Below, in pieces: positions 1 through 11,100 of a stretch of DNA of 64,000 bases. Under the pieces are notes generated by a model, which was given only the letters and a program-made list of their open reading frames with translations, did not search any database and had not been told where the DNA came from. Position numbers and translations under genes: made by a program. Position 1 is the first letter of the stretch. Each line of letters starts with the position of its first letter. Origin of the DNA: the human T2T-CHM13v2.0 reference genome, Homo sapiens; the NCBI RefSeq assembly GCF_009914755.1, contig NC_060939.1. One strand, given 5' to 3'.

Positions 1-851
1 CACTTCGTTCCATTTCATTGCATTCCATTCTATTCAACTCTATTGCCTTCCATTCCATTCCATTCGATTACATTCCATGCGATTCCATTCGAAATCGAAT
101 CAATTACATTGCAATCCATTACTATTGAGTCCGTTTTATTCCAGTCCACTGCATTCTGGTCCATTCCATTTGATTCCATTCCATTCTATTCCATTCCATA
201 CAGTTGCATTCCATTGGATTCCATGCTATATCTATAAATTCAATTCGAGACCATTGCTTTTGAGTCCATTCTATATGATTCCATTCCATTCAAGTCCATT
301 ATATTTGGTTAAATTCCATTCCATTCGGTTCAATTCCATTCCATTCCATTCCCTTCCATTCCATTCCAGTTGATATCAATCCATTCGATTCCATTCCATT
401 CGAGCACATTCCATTCGAGTCCATTCCATTCGATGCCATTCCATTTGATTCTATTCCATTAGTCTCCATTCAATTCCATTAATCTCCATTCCATTCCATT
501 CTACTCCAACTGATTCCATTCCATTCTATTCCTTTCCATTCCATTTCATTCCATTCCATTCCATTCCATTCCATTCCATTTGTGTCCATTCCACTCCAGT
601 CCATTCCATTCGTATCCATTCCATTCCAGTCCATTCCATTTGTGTCCACTGCATTCCATTCCACTCCATTCCATATTATTCCATTACACTCCATTCCATT
701 CTATTACTTTCATTTCCATTCAATTCCATTCCATTTGATTCCATTCCACTCGGTTTCATTCCATTTGAGTCCACTCCATTCCATTCCATTCCATTCAGTT
801 CCATTCCATTCTGTTCCATTCCATTCCGTTCCATTACATTCCATTCCATTC

Positions 852-2659
852 GGTACCATTCCATATTGTTCCATTCGTTTCCATTCGAATCCATTCCATT
901 CCAGTCCATTCCATTCGATTCCATTCCATTCATTTCAATTCCATTCCATTCCATTCCATTACATTCCACTTGATTCCTCTCCATTCCCTTCCACTGCATT
1001 CCGTTCGATTCCATTCCATTGCATTGCATTCCATTCCATTGGATTGCATTCCATTCGATTCCATTCCATTCGAATCAATTACATAGCAATCCATTACATT
1101 CGAGTCTATTATATTCCGTTCCATTCGATTTCGTTCCAATCCATTCGATTCCATTCCATTCGATTCCATTCCATACTATTGCATTCCATTCGATTACATT
1201 ATATTCGAATAAGTTCCATTCAAGACCATTTCTTTTGAGTCCATTCTATTTGAGTCCATTCCCTTTGATTCCATAACATTTGAGTCCATTCAATTCCATT
1301 CCTTTCGTTTCCATTCCATTTGATGCCATTCCATTCAATTCTGTTCTACTCGACTCCAATACATTCAATTCCATTCCATCCGATTCCATTACATTCTTTT
1401 CATTTCTTATCCATTTCAAGCCATTGCACTCCATTCCATTCCACTCGTTTCCTTTCCATTCGAGTCCATTCCTCTCCAGTCCATTCCGTTCAATCCATTC
1501 CATTCCAGTCCATTCCATTCGAGTCCGTTCCATTCCAGTCCATTCCATTCGAGTCAATTCCATTCCATTCGATGTCTTTCCATAACGATCCATTCCATTC
1601 TATTCCTTTCGATTCCATTCCATTCTATTTCATTCCATTCGATTCCCTTCCATTGGACTCCTTTCCATTCGAGTGCATTCCATTCCGTTCCATTTCTTTC
1701 CGTTCTGTACGATTCCTACCGTTCGATTTCATTTTCTTCCAGTCCATTCTTTCGCGTCCATTCCATTCCATTTCACTCCATTCGATTCCATTCCACTCGA
1801 TTCCACTTCGTTCCATTTCATTGCATTCCATTCTATTCAACTCTATTGCCTTCCATTCCATTCCATTCGATTACATTCCATGCGATTCCATTCGAAATCG
1901 AATCAATTACATTGCAATCCATTACTATTGAGTCCGTTTTATTCCAGTCCACTGCATTCTGGTCCATTCCATTTGATTCCATTCCATTCTATTCCATTCC
2001 ATACAGTTGCATTCCATTGGATTCCATGCTATATCTATAAATTCAATTCGAGACCATTGCTTTTGAGTCCATTCTATATGATTCCATTCCATTCAAGTCC
2101 ATTACATTTGGTTAAATTCCATTCCATTCGGTTCAATTCCATTCCATTCCATTCCCTTCCATTCCATTCCAGTTGATATCAATCCATTCGATTCCATTCC
2201 ATTCGAGCACATTCCATTCGAGTCCATTCCATTCGATGCCATTCCATTTGATTCTATTCCATTAGTCTCCATTCAATTCCATTAATCTCCATTCCATTCC
2301 ATTCTACTCCAACTGATTCCATTCCATTCTATTCCTTCCCATTCCATTTCATTCCATTCCATTCCATTCCATTCCATTCCATTCCATTCGTGTCCATTCC
2401 ACTCCAGTCCATTCCATTCGTATCCATTCCATTCCAGTCCATTCCATTTGTGTCCACTGCATTCCATTCCACTCCATTCCATATTATTCCATTACACTCC
2501 ATTCCATTCTATTACTTTCATTTCCATTCAATTCCATTCCATTTGATTCCATTCCACTCGGTTTCATTCCATTTGAGTCCACTCCATTCCATTCGATTCC
2601 ATTCAGTTCCATTCCATTCTGTTCCATTCCATTCCGTTCCATTACATTCCATTCCATTC
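852..2659 (+). repeat. Representative 1808-bp KpnI unit; likely D15Z1 / HSat3A5 (chr15p satellite III)
   Basis: GGTACC at 852, 2660 and 4468 (1808-bp spacing) and in every unit up to 62557 (36 sites by eye, including one extra at 6261). Established knowledge: D15Z1 was defined as a 1.8 kb KpnI satellite III repeat on chr15p. The chromosome and subfamily assignment is not verified by alignment. Confidence 0.78.
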
Positions 2660-5600
2660 GGTACCATTCCATATTGTTCCATTCGATTCCATTCGAATCC
2701 ATTCCATTCCAGTCCATTCCATTCGATTCCATTCCATTCATTTCAATTCCATTCCATTCCATTCCATTACATTCCACTTGATTCCTCTCCATTCCCTTCC
2801 ACTGCATTCCGTTCGATTCCATTCCATTGCATTGCATTCCATTCCATTGGATTGCATTCCATTCGATTCCATTCCATTCGAATCAATTACATAGCAATCC
2901 ATTACATTCGAGTCTATTCTCTTCCGTTCCATTCGATTTCGTTCCAATCCATTCGATTCCATTCCATTCGATTCCATTCCATACTATTGCATTCCATTCG
3001 ATTACATTATATTCGAATAAGTTCCATTCAAGACCATTTCTTTTGAGTCCATTCTATTTGAGTCCATTCCCTTTGATTCCATAACATTTGAGTCCATTCA
3101 ATTCCATTCCTTTCGTTTCCATTCCATTTGATGCCATTCCATTCAATTCTGTTCTACTCGACTCCAATACATTCAATTCCATTCCATCCGATTCCATTAC
3201 ATTCTTTTCATTTCTTATCCATTTCAAGCCATTCCACTCCATTCCATTCCACTCGTTTCCTTTCCATTCGAGTCCATTCCTCTCCAGTCCATTCCGTTCA
3301 ATCCATTCCATTCCAGTCCATTCCATTCGAGTCCGTTCCATTCCAGTCCATTCCATTCGAGTCAATTCCATTCCATTCGATGTCTTTCCATAACGATCCA
3401 TTCCATTCTATTCCTTTCGATTCCATTCCATTCTATTTCATTCCATTCGATTCCCTTCCATTGGACTCCTTTCCATTCGAGTGCATTCCATTCCGTTCCA
3501 TTTCTTTCCGTTCTGTACGATTCCTACCGTTCGATTTCATTTTCTTCCAGTCCATTCTTTCGCGTCCATTCCATTCCATTTCACTCCATTCGATTCCATT
3601 CCACTCGATTCCACTTCGTTCCATTTCATTGCATTCCATTCTATTCAACTCTATTGCCTTCCATTCCATTCCATTCGATTACATTCCATGCGATTCCATT
3701 CGAAATCGAATCAATTACATTGCAATCCATTACTATTGAGTCCGTTTTATTCCAGTCCACTGCATTCTGGTCCATTCCATTTGATTCCATTCCATTCTAT
3801 TCCATTCCATACAGTTGCATTCCATTGGATTCCATGCTATATCTATAAATTCAATTCGAGACCATTGCTTTTGAGTCCATTCTATATGATTCCATTCCAT
3901 TCAAGTCCATTACATTTGGTTAAATTCCATTCCATTCGGTTCAATTCCATTCCATTCCATTCCCTTCCATTCCATTCCAGTTGATATCAATCCATTCGAT
4001 TCCATTCCATTCGAGCACATTCCATTCGAGTCCATTCCATTCGATGCCATTCCATTTGATTCTATTCCATTACTCTCCATTCAATTCCATTAATCTCCAT
4101 TCCATTCCATTCTACTCCAACTGATTCCATTCCATTCTATTCCTTTTTATTCCATTTCATTCCATTCCATTCCATTCCATTCCATTCCATTCCATTCGTG
4201 TCCATTCCACTCCAGTCCATTCCATTCGTATCCATTCCATTCCAGTCCATTCCATTTGTGTCCACTGCATTCCATTCCACTCCATTCCATATTATTCCAT
4301 TACACTCCATTCCATTCTATTACTTTCATTTCCATTCAATTCCATTCCATTTGATTCCATTCCACTCGGTTTCATTCCATTTGAGTCCACTCCATTCCAT
4401 TCCATTCCACTCAGTTCCATTCCATTCTGTTCCATTCCATTCCGTTCCATTACATTCCATTCCATTCGGTACCATTCCATATTGTTCCATTCGTTTCCAT
4501 TCGAATCCATTCCATTCCAGTCCATTCCATTCGATTCCATTCCATTCATTTCAATTCCATTCCATTCCATTCCATTACATTCCACTTGATTCCTCTCCAT
4601 TCCCTTCCACTGCATTCCGTTTGATTCCATTCCATTGCATTGCATTCCATTCCATTGGATTGCATTCCATTCGATTCCATTCCATTCGAATCAATTACAT
4701 AGCAATCCATTACATTCGAGTCTATTCTCTTCCGTTCCATTCGATTTCGTTCCAATCCATTCGATTCCATTCCATTCGATTCCATTCCATACTATTGCAT
4801 TCCATTCGATTACATTATATTCGAATAAGTTCCATTCAAGACCATTTCTTTTGAGTCCATTCTATTTGAGTCCATTCCCTTTGATTCCATAACATTTGAG
4901 TCCATTCAATTCCATTCCTTTCGTTTCCATTCCATTTGATGCCATTCCATTCAATTCTGTTCTACTCGACTCCAATACATTCAATTCCATTCCATCCGAT
5001 TCCATTACATTCTTTTCATTTCTTATCCATTTCAAGCCATTCCACTCCATTCCATTCCACTCGTTTCCTTTCCATTCGAGTCCATTCCTCTCCAGTCCAT
5101 TCCGTTCAATCCATTCCATTCCAGTCCATTCCATTCGAGTCCGTTCCATTCCAGTCCATTCCATTCGAGTCAATTCCATTCCATTCGATGTCTTTCCATA
5201 ACGATCCATTCCATTCTATTCCTTTCGATTCCATTCCATTCTATTTCATTCCATTCGATTCCCTTCCATTGGACTCCTTTCCATTCGAGTGCATTCCATT
5301 CCGTTCCATTTCTTTCCGTTCTGTACGATTCCTACCGTTCGATTTCATTTTGTTCCAGTCCATTCTTTCGCGTCCATTCCATTCCATTTCACTCCAGTCG
5401 ATTCCATTCCACTCGATTCCACTTCGTTCCATTTCATTGCATTCCATTCTATTCAACTCTATTGCCTTCCATTCCATTCCATTCGATTACATTCCATGCG
5501 ACTCCATTCGAAATCGAATCAATTACATTGCAATCCATTACTATTGAGTCCGTTTTATTCCAGTCCACTGCATTCTGGTCCATTCCATTTGATTCCATTC

Positions 5601-5960
5601 CATTCTATTCCATTCCATACAGTTGCATTCCATTGGATTCCATGCTATATCTATAAATTCAATTCGAGACCATTGCTTTTGAGTCCATTCTATATGATTC
5701 CATTCCATTCAAGTCCATTACATTTGGTTCAATTCCATTCCATTCGGTTCAATTCCATTCCATTCCATTCCCTTCCATTCCATTCCAGTTGATATCAATC
5801 CATTCGATTCCATTCCATTCGAGCACATTCCATTCGAGTCCATTCCATTCGATGCCATTCCATTTGATTCTATTCCATTAGTCTCCATTCAATTCCATTA
5901 ATCTCCATTCCATTCCATTCTACTCCAACTGATTCCATTCCATTCTATTCCTTTCCATTC

Positions 5961-6710
5961 CATTTCATTCCATTCCATTCCATTCCATTCCATTCAATTC
6001 GTGTCCATTCCACTCCAGTCCATTCCATTCCAGTCCATTCCATTTGTGTCCACTGCATTCCATTCCACTCCATTCCATATTATTCCATTACACTCCATTC
6101 CATTCTATTACTTTCATTTCCATTCAATTCCATTCCATTTGATTCCATTCCACTCGGTTTCATTCCATTTGAGTCCACTCCATTCCATTCCATTCGATTC
6201 CATTCAGTTCCATTCCATTCTGTTCCATTCCATTCCGTTCCATTACATTCCATTCCATTCGGTACCATTCCATATTGTTCCATTCGATTCCATTCGGATC
6301 CATTCCATTCCAGTCCATTCCATTCGATTCCATTTCATTCCATTCCATTCCATTCCATTCTATTCCATTCGTGTCCATTCCACTCCAGTCCATTCCATTC
6401 GTATCCATTCCATTCCAGTCCATTCCATTTGTGTCCACTGCATTCCATTCCACTCCATTCCATATTATTCCATTACACTCCATTCCATTCTATTACTTTC
6501 ATTTCCATTCAGTTCCATTCCATTTGATTCCATTCCACTCGGTTTCATTCCATTTGAGTCCACTCCATTCCATTCCATTCCATTCAGTTCCATTCCATTC
6601 TGTTCCATTCCATTCCGTTCCATTACATTCCATTCCATTCGGTACCATTCCATATTGTTCCATTCGATTCCATTCGAATCCATTCCATTCCAGTCCATTC
6701 CATTCGATTC
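5961..6710 (+). repeat. Partial-unit tandem duplication (370 bp + 380 bp copies) giving one 2173-bp unit
   Basis: The segment catttcattc...gtgtccattccactccagtc...ggtacc...cagtccattccattcgattc occurs at 5961-6330 and again at 6331-6710. There are two KpnI sites 380 bp apart (6261, 6641), and the landmark spacing 4862->7035 is 2173. Confidence 0.95.
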
Positions 6711-8130
6711 CATTCCATTCATTTCAATTCCATTCCATTCCATTCCATTACATTCCACTTGATTCCTCTCCATTCCCTTCCACTGCATTCCGTTCGATTC
6801 CATTCCATTGCATTGCATTCCATTCCATTGGATTGCATTCCATTCGATTCCATTCCATTCGAATCAATTACATAGCAATCCATTACATTCGAGTCTATTC
6901 TCTTCCGTTCCATTCGATTTCGTTCCAATCCATTCGATTCCATTCCATTCGATTCCATTCCATACTATTGCATTCCATTCGATTACATTATATTCGAATA
7001 AGTTCCATTCAAGACCATTTCTTTTGAGTCCATTCTATTTGAGTCCATTCCCTTTGATTCCATAACATTTGAGTCCATTCAATTCCATTCCTTTCGTTTC
7101 CATTCCATTTGATGCCATTCCATTCAATTCTGTTCTACTCGACTCCAATACATTCAATTCCATTCCATCCGATTCCATTACATTCTTTTCATTTCTTATC
7201 CATTTCAAGCCATTCCACTCCATTCCATTCCACTCGTTTCCTTTCCATTCGAGTCCATTCCTCTCCAGTCCATTCCGTTCAATCCATTCCATTCCAGTCC
7301 ATTCCATTCGAGTCCGTTCCATTCCAGTCCATTCCATTCGAGTCAATTCCATTCCATTCGATGTCTTTCCATAACGATCCATTCCATTCTATTCCTTTCG
7401 ATTCCATTCCATTCTATTTCATTCCATTCGATTCCCTTCCATTGGACTCCTTTCCATTCGAGTGCATTCCATTCCGTTCCATTTCTTTCCGTTCTGTACG
7501 ATTCCTACCGTTCGATTTCATTTTCTTCCAGTCCATTCTTTCGCGTCCATTCCATTCCATTTCACTCCATTCGATTCCATTCCACTCGATTCCACTTCGT
7601 TCCATTTCATTGCATTCCATTCTATTCAACTCTATTGCCTTCCATTCCATTCCATTCGATTACATTCCATGCGATTCCATTCGAAATCGAATCAATTACA
7701 TTGCAATCCATTACTATTGAGTCCGTTTTATTCCAGTCCACTGCATTCTGGTCCATTCCATTTGATTCCATTCCATTCTATTCCATTCCATACAGTTGCA
7801 TTCCATTGGATTCCATGCTATATCTATAAATTCAATTCGAGACCATTGCTTTTGAGTCCATTCTATATGATTCCATTCCATTCAAGTCCATTACATTTGG
7901 TTAAATTCCATTCCATTCGGTTCAATTCCATTCCATTCCATTCCCTTCCATTCCATTCCAGTTGATATCAATCCATTCGATTCCATTCCATTCGAGCACA
8001 TTCCATTCGAGTCCATTCCATTCGATGCCATTCCATTTGATTCTATTCCATTAGTCTCCATTCAATTCCATTAATCTCCATTCCATTCCATTCTACTCCA
8101 ACTGATTCCATTCCATTCTATTCCTTTTTA

Positions 8131-8183
8131 TTCCATTCCATTCCATTCCATTCCATTCCATTCCATTCCATTCCATTCCATTC
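8131..8183 (+). repeat. Pure (CATTC)n tract; example of the length-variable tract present once per unit just before gtgtccattccactccagtc
   Basis: About 10 uninterrupted pentamers here. The homologous tract is shorter or longer in other units (short at ~28035 and ~47850, long at ~40622 and ~44251) and accounts for most of the 5-bp steps in unit length. Confidence 0.9.
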
Positions 8184-11100
8184 GTGTCCATTCCACTCCA
8201 GTCCATTCCATTCGTATCCATTCCATTCCAGTCCATTCCATTTGTGTCCACTGCATTCCATTCCACTCCATTCCATATTATTCCATTACACTCCATTCCA
8301 TTCTATTACTTTCATTTCCATTCAATTCCATTCCATTTGATTCCATTCCACTCGGTTTCATTCCATTTGAGTCCACTCCATTCCATTCCATTCTATTCAG
8401 TTCCATTCCATTCTGTTCCATTCCATTCCGTTCCATTACATTCCATTCCATTCGGTACCATTCCATATTGTTCCTTTCGATTCCATTCGAATCCATTCCA
8501 TTCCAGTCCATTCCATTCGATTCCATTCCATTCATTTCAATTCCATTCCATTCCATTCCATTACATTCCACTTGATTCCTCTCCATTCCCTTCCACTGCA
8601 TTCCGTTCGATTCCATTCCATTGCATTGCATTCCATTCCATTGGATTGCATTCCATTCGATTCCATTCCATTCGAATCAATTACATAGCAATCCATTACA
8701 TTCGAGTCTATTCTCTTCCGTTCCATTCGATTTCGTTCCAATCCATTCGATTCCATTCCATTCGATTCCATTCCATACTATTGCATTCCATTCGATTACA
8801 TTATATTCGAATAAGTTCCATTCAAGACCATTTCTTTTGAGTCCATTCTATTTGAGTCCATTCCCTTTGATTCCATAACATTTGAGTCCATTCAATTCCA
8901 TTCCTTTCGTTTCCATTCCATTTGATGCCATTCCATTCAATTCTGTTCTACTCGACTCCAATACATTCAATTCCATTCCATCCGATTCCATTACATTCTT
9001 TTCATTTCTTATCCATTTCAAGCCATTCCACTCCATTCCATTCCACTCGTTTCCTTTCCATTCGAGTCCATTCCTCTCCAGTCCATTCCGTTCAATCCAT
9101 TCCATTCCAGTCCATTCCATTCGAGTCCGTTCCATTCCAGTCCATTCCATTCGAGTCAATTCCATTCCATTCGATGTCTTTCCATAACGATCCATTCCAT
9201 TCTATTCCTTTCGATTCCATTCCATTCTATTTCATTCCATTCGATTCCCTTCCATTGGACTCCTTTCCATTCGAGTGCATTCCATTCCGTTCCATTTCTT
9301 TCCGTTCTGTACGATTCCTACCGTTCGATTTCATTTTTTTCCAGTCCATTCTTTCGCGTCCATTCCATTCCATTTCACTCCATTCGATTCCATTCCACTC
9401 GATTCCACTTCGTTCCATTTCATTGCATTCCATTCTATTCAACTCTATTGCCTTCCATTCCATTCCATTCGATTACATTCCATGCGATTCCATTCGAAAT
9501 CGAATCAATTACATTGCAATTCATTACTATTGAGTCCGTTTTATTCCAGTCCACTGCATTCTGGTCCATTCCATTTGATTCCATTCCATTCTATTCCATT
9601 CCATACAGTTGCATTCCATTGGATTCCATGCTATATCTATAAATTCAATTCGAGACCATTGCTTTTGAGTCCATTCTATATGATTCCATTCCATTCAAGT
9701 CCATTACATTTGGTTAAATTCCATTCCATTCGGTTCAATTCCATTCCATTCCATTCCCTTCCATTCCATTCCAGTTGATATCAATCCATTCGATTCCATT
9801 CCATTCGAGCACATTCCATTCGAGTCCATTCCATTCGATGCCATTCCATTTGATTCTATTCCATTAGTCTCCATTCAATTCCATTAATCTCCATTCCATT
9901 CCATTCTACTCCAACTGATTCCATTCCATTCTATTCCTTTCCATTCCATTTCATTCCATTCCATTCCATTCCATTCCATTCCATTCCATTCCATTCGTGT
10001 CCTTTCCACTCCAGTCCATTCCATTCGTATCCATTCCATTCCAGTCCATTCCATTTGTGTCCACTGCATTCCATTCCACTCCATTCCATATTATTCCATT
10101 ACACTCCATTCCATTCTATTACTTTCATTTCCATTCAATTCCATTCCATTTGATTCCATTCCACTCGGTTTCATTCCATTTGAGTCCACTCCATTCCATT
10201 CCATTCCATTCAGTTCCATTCCATTCTGTTCCATTCCATTCCGTTCCGTTACATTCCATTCCATTCGGTACCATTCCATATTGTTCCATTCGATTCCATT
10301 CGAATCCATTCCATTCCAGTCCATTCCATTCGATTCCATTCCATTCATTTCAATTCCATTCCATTCCATTCCATTACATTCCACTTGATTCCTCTCCATT
10401 CCCTTCCACTGCATTCCGTTCGATTCCATTCCATTGCATTGCATTCCATTCCATTGGATTGCATTCCATTCGATTCCATTCCATTCGAATCAATTACATA
10501 GCAATCCATTACATTCGAGTCTATTCTCTTCCGTTCCATTCGATTTCGTTCCAATCCATTCGATTCCATTCCATTCGATTCCATTCCATACTATTGCATT
10601 CCATTCGATTACATTATATTCGAATAAGTTCCATTCAAGACCATTTCTTTTGAGTCCATTCTATTTGAGTCCATTCCCTTTGATTCCATAACATTTGAGT
10701 CCATTCAATTCCATTCCTTTCGTTTCCATTCCATTTGATGCCATTCCATTCAATTCTGTTCTACTCGACTCCAATACATTCAATTCCATTCCATCCGATT
10801 CCATTACATTCTTTTCATTTCTTATCCATTTCAAGCCATTCCACTCCATTCCATTCCACTCGTTTCCTTTCCATTCGAGTCCATTCCTCTCCAGTCCATT
10901 CCGTTCAATCCATTCCATTCCAGTCCATTCCATTCGAGTCCGTTCCATTCCAGTCCATTCCATTCGAGTCAATTCCATTCCATTCGATGTCTTTCCATAA
11001 CGATCCATTCCATTCTATTCCTTTCGATTCCATTCCATTCTATTTCATTCCATTCGATTCCCTTCCATTGGACTCCTTTCCATTCGAGTGCATTCCATTC

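Noticed and set aside
1060-1085. Canonical heat-shock element around ttcgaa
   Set aside because: TTC and GAA are directly adjacent rather than in the nTTCnnGAAn spacing, and I saw no three-unit inverted HSE.
1191-1201. DUX4-like motif (cgattacatta)
   Set aside because: It has two mismatches to TGATTRRATTA, and near-matches are expected by chance in this composition.
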